Shown here: one piece after another, positions 19,478 to 29,237 of the stretch | Layout: the number at the start of each line of letters is the position of its first letter | How positions within the stretch are numbered: position 1 is the stretch's first letter | Source of the DNA: Thermaceae bacterium | GTDB taxonomy: Bacteria > Deinococcota > Deinococci > Deinococcales > Marinithermaceae | DNA: 64,000 bases | Reading direction: 5' to 3' | Assembly: GCA_027067955.1 (NCBI GenBank) | Contig: JAMOUW010000076.1 | Span: 1,937-65,936 of the forward strand | The notes under the pieces: generated by a model | Database searches by the model: none | What the model was told of the DNA's origin: nothing | The model's input: the letters and a program-made list of their open reading frames with translations, nothing else | Made by a program: the position numbers and the translations under genes

Positions 19478-19945
19478 ATGGCGGGCGATAGCAATATCGC
19501 CAGGCAACTGGCGGAGAAACTGGGTCTGGCAGTAGAGGCCATAGGCCTTCCCCGAATGGCGGGGAGGGTGCTCGGCTGGATGTTGCTGGCAGACACTGAC
19601 GAGATTGCGCTGGAAGAGCTGGCCCAAGACCTGGACGTAAGCAAAGCATCAATCAGTCACGCCACCCGCCTCCTCGAGCAGATAGGTGTTATTGAGCGGG
19701 CCGCACGGCCGGGTTCCCGCCGCGCCTACTACCGGCTTGCCGCAGACCCCTGGGGAGCCTTACTGGCGATGGAGGAACGTATCAGCCGCGGGTTTGTGGG
19801 TTTCGCCCGTGAAGCGCGGCAGGCGCTGCCACCAAACCCCGATCGCACCAGCCGGCTCGACAAAATGGAAGAGGCCTTCGAACTTTATCTGCAGCTTTTG
19901 GCTACCTTTATGGAAGCATGGGGAACAACCCGGGGGAATTCATGA
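19478..19945 (+). CDS. GbsR/MarR-family transcriptional regulator
   Basis: GLPRMAGRVLGWML and wHTH ELAQDLDVSKASIS...PGSRRAYY. Confidence 0.88.
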   Translation: MAGDSNIARQLAEKLGLAVEAIGLPRMAGRVLGWMLLADTDEIALEELAQDLDVSKASISHATRLLEQIGVIERAARPGSRRAYYRLAADPWGALLAMEERISRGFVGFAREARQALPPNPDRTSRLDKMEEAFELYLQLLATFMEAWGTTRGNS

Positions 19946-21165
19946 GCATCAGCATGGTGCCCGTACGCCTTGCCTGGCGCAATGTCTGGCGTCACCGGCA
20001 GCGCACATTTTTGCTGGCGGCGGTAGTCGCCTACGCCGCGGTGGCGACCATTTTCTACTGGAGCCTGGCCGACGGTTACGAACTCTCGGTGCTCGAGGCC
20101 CACGCCCGCTATGTGCTGGCGCCGGTCACGGTGGCCACGGTCGACTGGTTCGCCGACCCCGACCCCGAAAACGGCCTGACCGACTTGAGCGGTATCTACC
20201 GCGTTCTGGACGAAGGCGGGGTTGCCGCCTACGCGCCCAGGCTGCAGTTTGCCGGTTTGCTAACATCTCCCTACATTTCGGAAGGCGCTCTCCTGCTGGG
20301 AGTAGACCCAAACGCCGAGCCCGCGATTTCCCGGGTGCCCGGCAAGGTTGACGACGGTCGCTGGCTCACCGGTCCCGGTGAAATAATTCTCGGCTACCGG
20401 CTGGCCGAGAGGCTCGACGTTCGCCTGGGCGAGCGGCTGGTCGTCAGCACCGCCGCCCTGGCGGGGCCGCAATCGCTGGGTTTGCGGGTGGTGGGGCTGG
20501 TTCACGCCGGAGTATCCAGCGTCGACAAATCTGGCGTCTACCTGCATCTGAGCGACGCCCGCCGGCTGACCGGCCAGGGCGGTGCTACCCACCTGGCGCT
20601 GGACGCCCCGCTGGGCCGTGAAAACACCATCGCCAGGCGCATCGGCCAACTGCTGCCGCCCGGCATGGCGGCCCGTCCCGTCTGGGACCTGGTGGGACCG
20701 ATCAAAACCGACGTCGAAGCGGCCAAAAAGTTTTCGCTGCCAATCGGTCTGCTGCTTGCTCTCTTCGCCGCCCTGGCGGTGACCAGCACCCTGATAGTCA
20801 GCGTGCTGGAGCGCACCCGCGAGTTCGGGGTAATCCTGGCGTTGGGAATGGACAACCCCCAATTGGGATGGATGGTCGTGCTCGAGGCCGCCCTGGCCAC
20901 CGGCGTCGGCTGGCTGCTGGGCATTGCCCTTGGCTACGCCCTCATCTATTACACGAGCAGCCATAATGTCCTGGGCCCGCTCTTTCAGGTTTCGGCCGAG
21001 GTCTGGAGCGAAGCGGGTCTTACCGAGGAGTTCTACACCCGCCTTTCACCAATCTACGCCTTTTATTCGCTCATCACCGTCGTCATCGCGGCTCTGGCCG
21101 CCTTTCTCTTCCCCGCCCTGCGCGCCCGCAGGCTACAACCTTCGGAGGCTTTGCGATGGGAATAA
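19942..21165 (+). CDS. MacB/LolE/FtsX-like ABC permease
   Basis: LAWRNVWRHRQRT, SVLERTREFG and C-terminal PSEALR; ATGA coupling to the regulator. Confidence 0.9.
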   Translation: MSISMVPVRLAWRNVWRHRQRTFLLAAVVAYAAVATIFYWSLADGYELSVLEAHARYVLAPVTVATVDWFADPDPENGLTDLSGIYRVLDEGGVAAYAPRLQFAGLLTSPYISEGALLLGVDPNAEPAISRVPGKVDDGRWLTGPGEIILGYRLAERLDVRLGERLVVSTAALAGPQSLGLRVVGLVHAGVSSVDKSGVYLHLSDARRLTGQGGATHLALDAPLGRENTIARRIGQLLPPGMAARPVWDLVGPIKTDVEAAKKFSLPIGLLLALFAALAVTSTLIVSVLERTREFGVILALGMDNPQLGWMVVLEAALATGVGWLLGIALGYALIYYTSSHNVLGPLFQVSAEVWSEAGLTEEFYTRLSPIYAFYSLITVVIAALAAFLFPALRARRLQPSEALRWE

Positions 21166-21911
21166 AGCAAAATATCGTAACCTTGCTGACCGCCTTCGCC
21201 CTCACCAGCGGCGCCGCGGCCCAGAACCCCGACCCGGTAGAACTGCTCCATCGGGCGGTCGACCAGCTGCGCGGCCCGGCCATGGCAGCTACCTACACCC
21301 TGCTCGTCGAGCGACCCGGCCGCAGCAAGAAGTATGTTCTCGAGGTTCTGACCGACGGCGACCAGCGCTCGCTCATCCGGGTAGTCGAACCCAAGCGCGA
21401 TACCGGCCAGGCTTTCCTGACCATCGGCTCCGACGTCTGGGTCTATAATCCCCGCCTGGGTCGGGTATTGCGCCTGCCGCCGAGCGGCAAGAACGACCGC
21501 TTCTTGGGCTCCGACGTTAGCTATGCAGACCTATCCGGGCGTGACCTGGAAAAAGACTATCGGGTAGAGCTGCGCCCAAGCAGCGACAAATCGGGCGCCA
21601 TCGTGCTGGTGCTGACCCCCAAGGCGAACGCCCCGGTTCCCTGGGGCAGGGTCGAGCTTGTGCTGGGCAGCCAGGATCGGTTGCTACGCAAAATCATTTA
21701 TTACGACCAGCGCGGCAAGGCCGTCAAAGACGTGCAGCTGCGCAAGGCGGTAAGTTTGGGCGACGACCGGTACCTGGTAACCGAAACCCTGGTGCGCGAT
21801 CTGGCGCGCGCTGGCTACCAAACGACCTTCGCCATTGGCAACTGGAAGCTGGGGCAGGTGCCCGACCGCTGCTTCACCCAGGCCATGCTCGAGCGGGGGT
21901 GCCGCTACTGA
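21156..21911 (+). CDS. LolA-like periplasmic lipoprotein-sorting protein
   Basis: Signal peptide; EPKRDTGQAFL, VWVYNP and FLGSDVSYADL motifs. Confidence 0.85.
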   Translation: MGIKQNIVTLLTAFALTSGAAAQNPDPVELLHRAVDQLRGPAMAATYTLLVERPGRSKKYVLEVLTDGDQRSLIRVVEPKRDTGQAFLTIGSDVWVYNPRLGRVLRLPPSGKNDRFLGSDVSYADLSGRDLEKDYRVELRPSSDKSGAIVLVLTPKANAPVPWGRVELVLGSQDRLLRKIIYYDQRGKAVKDVQLRKAVSLGDDRYLVTETLVRDLARAGYQTTFAIGNWKLGQVPDRCFTQAMLERGCRY

Positions 21912-23137
21912 TGTGGAGTCTGGCCTGGAAAAATGTCTGGCGCGGCCGCAGCCGCAGCCTGACGACCGCCGCAGCGGTGGCCGCAGTGGTGGCACTGATG
22001 CTTGTCATGTACGGCTTTAGCGGCGCCGCTCAGAACGGTCTGTTTCAGAACCTGACCCGCACCAGCGGCCATCTGGTGGTCCGGGTCAAAAACGCCGACG
22101 AGGTGCGCGAATTCGACCTGGGGCTGATTAGAAACGCCGCCGCCCTCAAAACCGAGCTTACCGGGGCGCTGCCCGAAGCCGACATCGAGGCGGTGCTCGA
22201 GGTGCCAGCGCTGCTGGCCGGCGAAGAGCGTTCCCGAGGCGTGGTTTTGCTGGGGCTGGAACCGGGCGGCCACTTGATGAAGGAGTTTGGCGACGAATAC
22301 TTAGCCGCTGGAAAACCACCCGGCGGCGATGACTGGTCGGCGGCCCTGGGGGCGGCCCTGGCCCGGGCGCTTAAGGTAAGCGTCGGCCAGAGCGTTTATG
22401 CTTTCGCCCCGGGTACCGAAGGCATGGGAGCGGCGGCCTTCAACGTTTCCGGCCTGCTCGACCTGCCCGAGAGCAACATGGAGGCCCGTACCGCCATGCT
22501 GACCCTGGGCGTAGCCCAGGAGCTGGCCGCCCCCGACGCCGCCAGCCGGATCGTCATCTTTCTCCCCGGGCTCAAAACGCTTGCGCAGGAAACGCGGCTC
22601 GAGCAAACCCGCCGCCAGCTAGCCCCGTTAATACCCGCCGGCTACGAACTGCTCAGCTGGCGGGAGGCGCAGCCGGCGCTGGCGGCGATGCTGGAGATGC
22701 TGAAACCAATGATTTTGATTTATGCGCTGCTCTTTTTCGTTCTCGCCGGCTTGCTGGTGGTAAACACCGTTTACCTCAGTCTGGTCGAGAGAATCCGCGA
22801 GTTCGGCGTCATCATCACTCTGGGGGCCGACCGCTGGCGAATCATGCGGCTGGTAATCATGGAAAGCCTGCTACTGGTCGGCAGCGGCGCAGTAGTTGGC
22901 GGCCTGCTTGGCGGGCTGGCGCTCTGGCACATGTCGCAGGGGTTCAGCCTGCCCGGGGACCTGGCAAAGCAGTACGCCGAGTTCGGTCTCCCCGAAATCA
23001 TGTACGCCAGCATTTCCCCCGCGCAGGTGGCCCAGGTTTTTGCCTTCGCCGCCCTAACTGCCATCACCAGCGCCCTCTGGCCCGCCTGGCTGGCCGGGCG
23101 GCTGGAGCCGGTCGAAGCCATGCGCCACGTAACCTAG
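21911..23137 (+). CDS. second MacB/LolE-like ABC permease
   Basis: LAWKNVWRGRSRS, VERIREFG and LEPVEAMR motifs; TGATG coupling. Confidence 0.9.
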   Translation: MWSLAWKNVWRGRSRSLTTAAAVAAVVALMLVMYGFSGAAQNGLFQNLTRTSGHLVVRVKNADEVREFDLGLIRNAAALKTELTGALPEADIEAVLEVPALLAGEERSRGVVLLGLEPGGHLMKEFGDEYLAAGKPPGGDDWSAALGAALARALKVSVGQSVYAFAPGTEGMGAAAFNVSGLLDLPESNMEARTAMLTLGVAQELAAPDAASRIVIFLPGLKTLAQETRLEQTRRQLAPLIPAGYELLSWREAQPALAAMLEMLKPMILIYALLFFVLAGLLVVNTVYLSLVERIREFGVIITLGADRWRIMRLVIMESLLLVGSGAVVGGLLGGLALWHMSQGFSLPGDLAKQYAEFGLPEIMYASISPAQVAQVFAFAALTAITSALWPAWLAGRLEPVEAMRHVT

Positions 23138-23146
23138 GAGGCAAAA

Positions 23147-23836
23147 TTGCAAGCGATAGTCGCAGCCAAGAACCTGCATAAGACCTATAAATCGGGTGGC
23201 GTCGAAACACCCGCCCTGCGCGGGGTAAACCTGACCGTCGCCCCCGGAGAGTTCACCGCCATCGCCGGCCCCTCGGGTTCCGGTAAGAGCACCCTCCTGC
23301 ATCTCCTCGGCGGGCTTGACCGCCCTAGCAGCGGCGAGGTCTGGCTGCAGGGCGAGCGGATAGACGACAAGAGCCCCGTTCGCAGGGCCCGGATCCGCCT
23401 ATGGAAAGTCGGCTTCGTATTTCAAGCCTACAACCTTATACCGGTGCTAACCGTGCTCGAGAATGCCGCCTTCATCCTGGAACTGCGCGGATTTCCTCCG
23501 GGTGAACGCCTCAGCCGCGCCCGCGCCGCACTGGCGGAGCTGGAAATGGAAGACTACGCCGAACGCCGCCTCAATCAGCTCTCCGGCGGTCAGCAGCAGC
23601 GGGTGGCTGTGGCGCGGGCCCTGGCTGCGGAACCGGCCGTCGTGTTTGCAGACGAACCCACCGCCAACCTAGATTCCAAAACCGGCCAGGCGCTGATCGA
23701 GTATATGAAAAGACTAAATCACGAAAAAGAATTGACTTTCGTATTCTCTACCCACGATCCGCGCCTGCTCGAGCACGTCCAGCGCATCGTCCATCTCGAA
23801 GACGGCCGCATAATCAGCGAAGAAACGGTAAATTGA
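23147..23836 (+). CDS. LolD-like ABC ATPase
   Basis: GPSGSGKST, LSGGQQQRVA and ADEPTANLD motifs. Confidence 0.93.
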   Translation: MQAIVAAKNLHKTYKSGGVETPALRGVNLTVAPGEFTAIAGPSGSGKSTLLHLLGGLDRPSSGEVWLQGERIDDKSPVRRARIRLWKVGFVFQAYNLIPVLTVLENAAFILELRGFPPGERLSRARAALAELEMEDYAERRLNQLSGGQQQRVAVARALAAEPAVVFADEPTANLDSKTGQALIEYMKRLNHEKELTFVFSTHDPRLLEHVQRIVHLEDGRIISEETVN

Positions 23837-24753
23837 AGGCTAAATTGAAAGGACTGGCGGCTCTGTCCGTCTTGCTCGGCATGGCGCTGGCGATCGACTT
23901 CAGTGGCTCGCTGGCCATTAATACCCGGGCCATTTACTCCCACCGTGCAAACTCTTTCGCGCTCGAGGCCGCCTACGCCGGTTCACTGCTGGCCTCGGAA
24001 TACTGGGGTGATGCCTACCTGGAAACAGCTTTTTACCCCAGCTGGAATCTGGCGCGCAACCGCTTCGATCCCGGTTTATCCAAGCTGGAGTTGGGTTATG
24101 GCAACGGCCGCTATGCCTTTGGCTTAGGAGTCAGTCCCGAGCCTCTATCCACCCTGCGACTGCTGCGGCCGTTCTCGCTAACCGATGACGTCGGCGACTA
24201 CGCCACCGGTCTCTGGGGCGGCTGGGCCGAGCTGTACCCCAATCCTGCGAACCGCTTGCGCCTGGCCTTGCGATACCAGCGAGGAGCACTGTTCAGCGTC
24301 TTGCACACCGATGGCAGGCTCTCCGGTAGCGACCTCCAGGCCACCTTCATCTGCGACCAAGAAACTGGGTCTGCGGCCCTGGGAGGAGGCTTTTCGACCA
24401 TCCTGGGCGAAACAGTCGTCTACAGCGAGACCTGGCGGTTATTCGCCGAGCCGGATCCCTGGCGCGGCGGCCTGGGGATCAACTTTTACCTTTTTGACGG
24501 CCTCGCAAGCTTCGAAGCCGCCTACACCGGCGGCGGATGGCAATTGGCCGCTGCGTACAGCCTTCAGGCGGGAGAATTCTGGTCGGTCGATTCGCTACTG
24601 TTATACGAAATAAGGGTGAACCGCTTAACCGGCTCGCTCAACCTGACCTACATGGGTGACCCCGGGGACCTGATCCTGGGATTGACATCCACCAGTGACG
24701 GGTACGCTGGCGTTATTTGGCTCCCTGCCCTCAGCGCCCGGGTCTATTACTAA
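23833..24753 (+). CDS. putative outer-membrane beta-barrel protein
   Basis: Signal peptide, amphipathic Gly/aromatic strands, C-terminal ARVYY. Confidence 0.65.
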   Translation: MKAKLKGLAALSVLLGMALAIDFSGSLAINTRAIYSHRANSFALEAAYAGSLLASEYWGDAYLETAFYPSWNLARNRFDPGLSKLELGYGNGRYAFGLGVSPEPLSTLRLLRPFSLTDDVGDYATGLWGGWAELYPNPANRLRLALRYQRGALFSVLHTDGRLSGSDLQATFICDQETGSAALGGGFSTILGETVVYSETWRLFAEPDPWRGGLGINFYLFDGLASFEAAYTGGGWQLAAAYSLQAGEFWSVDSLLLYEIRVNRLTGSLNLTYMGDPGDLILGLTSTSDGYAGVIWLPALSARVYY

Positions 24754-24831
24754 ATTCCGGCGCTCTAGCCAATGGGTTGCCGCGCGAATAGGATCGGAAT
24801 CCAGCGGATTTTCCGCTTTTGCACAAAAGTT

Positions 24832-24907
24832 TGGCGCGCCCGGGAGGATTCGAACCCCCGACCTACCGCTTAGAAGGCGGCTGCTCTATCCCCTGAGCTA
24901 CGGGCGC
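24832..24907 (-). tRNA. tRNA-Arg(TCT)
   Basis: GCGCCCG acceptor stem, anticodon loop CTTCTAA, GTTCGAAT T-loop, encoded CCA. Confidence 0.95.
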
Positions 24908-24944
24908 GTGCAAAGTGGGGGGCGGCCTGCGGCCGCCCCTTCTA

Positions 24945-25020
24945 TGGAGCGGGAGACGGGATTCGAACCCGCGACCCTCGGCTTGGAAGGCCGATGCTCT
25001 ACCAGCTGAGCTACTCCCGC
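24945..25020 (-). tRNA. tRNA-Gly(TCC)
   Basis: GCGGGAG acceptor stem, loop CTTCCAA, GTTCGAAT, CCA. Confidence 0.95.
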
Positions 25021-25024
25021 ATGC

Positions 25025-25101
25025 TGGTCGGGGCGGCAGGATTTGAACCTGCGACGTCCTGCCCCCAAAGCAGGCGCGCTTCCGGACTGCGCTACGCCCC
25101 G
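25025..25101 (-). tRNA. tRNA-Pro(TGG)
   Basis: CGGGGCG acceptor stem, CCTGC-TTTGGGG-GCAGG anticodon arm, GTTCAAAT, CCA. Confidence 0.93.
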
Positions 25102-25130
25102 TAGCGGAAGCCGGGGCAGCTTCCTTGATA

Positions 25131-25159
25131 AGCGTAGCACGCACTCATAGGGGGGTCAA
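25131..25159 (-). promoter_or_regulatory. promoter of the tRNA Pro-Gly-Arg operon
   Basis: TTGACC-N17-TACGCT, about 30 nt upstream of tRNA-Pro. Confidence 0.65.
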
Positions 25160-25173
25160 GGAAGATTTTTCTC

Positions 25174-25995
25174 CTACATGAAGCGCTTTCTTCGCTTATA
25201 TGACTTCACGTCGCGGAACGATTTCCGCCCGCCCGCCTTCGCCGTGCCCAGATAGAACTCCTTGACGTCAGGGTTCTCTTTGAGCGCCTCGGCCTCGCCT
25301 TCCAACACTATCTTGCCCTGTTCCATTATGTAGGCGTAACCGCTGACGGAAAGGGCTATGGCAGCATTTTGCTCGACCACCAGCACCGTCACCCCCTCCT
25401 CGGCGTTGATGCGCGCCACAATATCGAAAATCTCGCGCACCAGAAGGGGAGCGAGACCCAGGCTGGGCTCGTCCAGCAACAACAGCTTTGGCGCCGCCAG
25501 CAACGCCCGGCCTATGGCCAGCATCTGTTGCTCGCCGCCGCTGGTATAACCGGCCAGGCGATTTTTCAAATCGGCGAGCCGCGGAAAATAATGATATATC
25601 CGCTCGAGATCCTCACGAACCTTGCCGTCGCGCCGTGTGATTGAACCGACGCGCAGGTTTTCTTCTACGGTAAGGTGCTTGAAAACGTGCCGCCCCTCCG
25701 GCACCTGCACGATGCCCAGCTTGACTATATGCTCCGGAGGAAGGTTTTGAATCTCCTGACCCTGATAGACGATCGCGCCATCACGCACCGCGCCGTCCTC
25801 GGGTACCAGCAACCCCGAGATAGCGCGTAGCGTCGTGGTCTTGCCGGCACCGTTAGGGCCGAGCAGCGCAGTCACGCGGCCCTCGGGTATGTTGATGGAT
25901 ACCCCGCGCAACACCTGGATGATGTCCTGATACACGACTTCGATGTTATTGACGCGCAGGAGCCATTTTCGTTCGGTCTGGACGGATGTGCTCAC
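25174..25995 (-). CDS. livF: LivF-type ABC ATPase
   Basis: GPNGAGKTT, QVPEGR, SGGEQQML and DEPSLGLAP motifs. Confidence 0.9.
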   Translation of the reverse strand: MSTSVQTERKWLLRVNNIEVVYQDIIQVLRGVSINIPEGRVTALLGPNGAGKTTTLRAISGLLVPEDGAVRDGAIVYQGQEIQNLPPEHIVKLGIVQVPEGRHVFKHLTVEENLRVGSITRRDGKVREDLERIYHYFPRLADLKNRLAGYTSGGEQQMLAIGRALLAAPKLLLLDEPSLGLAPLLVREIFDIVARINAEEGVTVLVVEQNAAIALSVSGYAYIMEQGKIVLEGEAEALKENPDVKEFYLGTAKAGGRKSFRDVKSYKRRKRFM

Positions 25996-26015
25996 GGGGC
26001 ACCTCCTGATGGGCA

Positions 26016-26039
26016 GGCGGGCGGCAAAAGCCGCCCGCC
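26016..26039. terminator. intra-operon hairpin after the substrate-binding protein gene
   Basis: Perfect 10-bp stem GGCGGGCGGC-AAAA-GCCGCCCGCC with no U-tract, so likely an mRNA stabiliser or partial terminator. Confidence 0.55.
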
Positions 26040-26052
26040 ATAAAACCGGCGG

Positions 26053-27225
26053 CTATTCGCCGTAATGCACCTTGCGGAATAATGCGGAGCTGAAAGGCTC
26101 GGTAACGGGCACGAATGTGCCACCCCGGGCCTCGAGCACCCGCAGCTTGTCTACGCCCACGTGATCTTTCTTGCTGTAGGTAACCGGACCTACGGCGAGC
26201 TTGTTCTGCCAGTTCATCTTGAGGAGGGCCTGATAAACGTTCTCGGCGTTGATCTTTTTGCCGGCGTTCTTGGCTTCTTTGATTGCCTCGATAGCGATGG
26301 CCGCGGCCAGCATTCCAGAGGGGTAATGCACGCTTTCTATCGCGTCGGCGGGGCGGCCGTATTTGGCACCCAGATCCTTGACGAACTTGGCCCCGGCACC
26401 TTGCTCATGCGGCATATAGTACGCCGTCACCCACAGGAATCCCTCCGCAGCATCACCGGCAAGGCGCAACAGGTCGGGTCCACCCGCATAGTGCGCGCCG
26501 GCGTGCTTGATCTTGAGTCCCAGGCGCCCGGCGTCCTTGATCATGTTGGCCACCGGCCCGGCGACGTTCTGGTAAACGATGTACTGCACACCCTTTTTCT
26601 CAAAGCGCTTCAGGGTAGCCGTGTAGTCGAGACCCTTGGCCATCTCCTGGACTTCGACAATCTCGATGCCCAGCTCTCCAGCCGCCTTCTTGGCGTCCTT
26701 GACCGGAGCCCGACCAAAGGGCGAGGGGTGAATAGCCAAGGCCACCTTCGCCCCCGGGGATACCTTGGCGATGTACTCGAGTACGGCTATGACCTGTTCG
26801 GAGTACGAGGCAATGGGAAGGAAAATGTAGTCGTTGTCCGGTGGATCGATGTTGCCGATGTGGTAGGAAGCCGGGATGAAAGGCAGGCCGACTTCCTGCA
26901 CCAGCGGCTTCAGCTGCAAGGTACCACCGGTAGAGTAACCCAGGAAAACGGGGTCTCCCCGATCCACCGCCTCTTCGAAGTTACGCAGGGTGTTGGCATT
27001 ATTGTACTGGTCGTCCCGGGTTTCGCACACGAACTCTATCCCGGAAACATATCCGGTGTCGTTCACCCAGCTGCAGTAGTCTTCGATGCCCTGGGCATAA
27101 TACTTGCCAGCATCAGAGGTGGGACCGGTAATGGCACCGGACCACATGATGTGCACTTTTTCCGCGGTTGCAAACCCCATCACCAGAACCGCGGCCAAGG
27201 CCCACAACGTCCATTTGTTTTTCAT
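26053..27225 (-). CDS. Liv-type ABC substrate-binding protein
   Basis: Signal peptide; SGAITGPTS and DDQY periplasmic binding protein type 1 motifs. Confidence 0.88.
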   Translation of the reverse strand: MKNKWTLWALAAVLVMGFATAEKVHIMWSGAITGPTSDAGKYYAQGIEDYCSWVNDTGYVSGIEFVCETRDDQYNNANTLRNFEEAVDRGDPVFLGYSTGGTLQLKPLVQEVGLPFIPASYHIGNIDPPDNDYIFLPIASYSEQVIAVLEYIAKVSPGAKVALAIHPSPFGRAPVKDAKKAAGELGIEIVEVQEMAKGLDYTATLKRFEKKGVQYIVYQNVAGPVANMIKDAGRLGLKIKHAGAHYAGGPDLLRLAGDAAEGFLWVTAYYMPHEQGAGAKFVKDLGAKYGRPADAIESVHYPSGMLAAAIAIEAIKEAKNAGKKINAENVYQALLKMNWQNKLAVGPVTYSKKDHVGVDKLRVLEARGGTFVPVTEPFSSALFRKVHYGE

Positions 27226-27270
27226 ACACCTACCTCCCTTATTGCGACGGCATTAGAAGAGCCGTGTCGC

Positions 27271-28335
27271 CTAATATTTGAACGGCCAGTTGCGGAAGTA
27301 ACTGCGCAACAGCCGCCACCAGTTGGCGAGCCCCCGGGGCTCAAAGATGAGGAAGAGCACGATAGCCAGTCCGAAAGCCAGGGGGCGAATCGCCGAACCT
27401 ACGTCGACCCCCGGCGGGTTGTAAATTTCTTTGATGGCGTATGAGAACGTCTCCATGTTGATATCGAGAAGCTCCAGAAACGCCGGACCCAAAAAGCTAC
27501 CCACGAGGGTTCCAAGCCCCCCGACGATGGCCATAGCCAGGAACTTTATGGAAATCATCAAGGAATAGTCCTCAATGACCACCGCCCGCGACCAGTAAGC
27601 ATAGAGCGCCCCCGCAACACCCGCATAAAAAGCGCCCAGCGCGAAGGCAAAGACTTTGGTCTTGCCGGGGTCCATCCCCATGGCGTCGGCGGCGCGATCG
27701 TTATCGCGCACCGCGACCAGCGAGCGGCCAAAGCGCGTACGCAACAGGTTGCGGAAGCCGAAAGCCATGAGAACCAATACTGTAAACGAAACGTAGTACC
27801 AAAAATAGTGGTGATTTTTAAACGCTATTTTATATCCAAAGAAAACCATACCCCGGGGCATGGCCATTGCGCCCCCCTGCTCGAGCGCTGGCGAGTGCCC
27901 TACCGCCCACTCGAAGATCAGCTGGAAGGCAAGGGTAGCGATGGCGAGGTAGAGGTGCTTGATACGCAGCGCCGGGATGCCCACCACCGCGCCGGCGGCG
28001 GCGGCCACCAGACCGGAAACGGGCAGCACGGCCCAGAACGGCAAGTGCGGCGCCACCAAAGCCGCCGTATAGGCGCCCACGCCCATGAAAGCCGCGTGAC
28101 CGATGTTGATCAGCCCCGCGTAGCCGGTGATGATGTTGAGCCCCAGTACCGCCAGCGCATAGATGAGAATGAGGTCGAGGATCTGCATGTCGCCACGAAC
28201 GAGAAAACGCGGGAGCACGAGCATGCCGATGAGAAAAACGGCCAGACTCGCCTGTTCGCTGTACGTTGCGAAAATGGTGGTGTCCTGCGCGTAGCTGGTC
28301 TTGTAGTTGCCCGTACGCGTCCAGGGATTACGCAT
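27271..28335 (-). CDS. livM: LivM-type permease
   Basis: GLNIITGYAG, GHAAFMGVG and YLAIATLAF motifs; GGAGG SD before ATG 28335. Confidence 0.9.
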   Translation of the reverse strand: MRNPWTRTGNYKTSYAQDTTIFATYSEQASLAVFLIGMLVLPRFLVRGDMQILDLILIYALAVLGLNIITGYAGLINIGHAAFMGVGAYTAALVAPHLPFWAVLPVSGLVAAAAGAVVGIPALRIKHLYLAIATLAFQLIFEWAVGHSPALEQGGAMAMPRGMVFFGYKIAFKNHHYFWYYVSFTVLVLMAFGFRNLLRTRFGRSLVAVRDNDRAADAMGMDPGKTKVFAFALGAFYAGVAGALYAYWSRAVVIEDYSLMISIKFLAMAIVGGLGTLVGSFLGPAFLELLDINMETFSYAIKEIYNPPGVDVGSAIRPLAFGLAIVLFLIFEPRGLANWWRLLRSYFRNWPFKY

Positions 28336-28343
28336 GGCGCCTC

Positions 28344-29237
28344 CTATACACGTTCGATCTCCTCGGTGCCGAACAGGCCGTGCGGCTTGAACCATAGCAC
28401 CAGCAGCAGTACCAGGAACGGGAAGACATCACCGGTGCCGCCACCCGGTATGTATGCATCCAGATATCCCGCGGCCATGTTCTCGAGGATGCCGATGATA
28501 ATGCCGCCCACCACTGCCCCGGGAATGGAATCCAGACCACCCAGGATCACCACCGGGAATACTTTTAACCCTATGCCTACCAAACCCTCCAGGTTGAGCC
28601 CCGAAATTGCTCCCACGATCAATCCGGCGGCGGCGGCGGTAATGCCTGCGGCGGCCCAGGCGAGAGCGAACACTTTCTCTACCGACACCCCCAGGCTCAT
28701 CGAGGCCATTTGGTCATCAGCCACAGCCCGCATGGCTATTCCCACGGTGGACCTCTGGAAAAACCACCCGAATGCGGCCAGGAAAACACCGGTAAAGACA
28801 ACCGCTAGCAGCTGCGGATAGCTGACGCTGATGCCGGCGAAGTTGACGCCGCCCTCGGGAAGGAAACCTGGCAACGAGAAGTTGCCTGATCCATACGGCG
28901 TCATGTGTATCAGCCCCCCGAACACCGAAGCGAGCCCGATGGTGACCATGATCACGCTGATGATAGGCTGGCCAACCAGCGGTTTGAGAAATATGCGCTC
29001 GGTAAAGTACCCCACTATGGCGGTAAAGGCAAGCGCGAGCACAGCAGCTATCCAAACGCTGAGGCCCAAACTGGTCGAGAGCGCATAAGCGGTGAAAGCG
29101 CCTATGGCTATGAAGTGTCCGTGGGCAAAATTGATCACGCGGCTGGCTTTGTAAATGAGCACGAAACCTAAGGCCGCGAGCGCGTAAACCGATCCCACGA
29201 CTATTCCCGAAACCAGCAGTTGGAAGAAATAACTCAC
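28344..29237 (-). CDS. livH: LivH-type permease
   Basis: GSVYALAALGF, INFAHG and GIAMRAVA motifs. Confidence 0.9.
   Translation of the reverse strand: MSYFFQLLVSGIVVGSVYALAALGFVLIYKASRVINFAHGHFIAIGAFTAYALSTSLGLSVWIAAVLALAFTAIVGYFTERIFLKPLVGQPIISVIMVTIGLASVFGGLIHMTPYGSGNFSLPGFLPEGGVNFAGISVSYPQLLAVVFTGVFLAAFGWFFQRSTVGIAMRAVADDQMASMSLGVSVEKVFALAWAAAGITAAAAGLIVGAISGLNLEGLVGIGLKVFPVVILGGLDSIPGAVVGGIIIGILENMAAGYLDAYIPGGGTGDVFPFLVLLLVLWFKPHGLFGTEEIERV

Noticed and set aside
19430-24907. ABC export cluster as an island integrated at the tRNA-Arg 3' end
   Set aside because: No integrase, and no duplicated tRNA 3' end (att site) seen near 19430.
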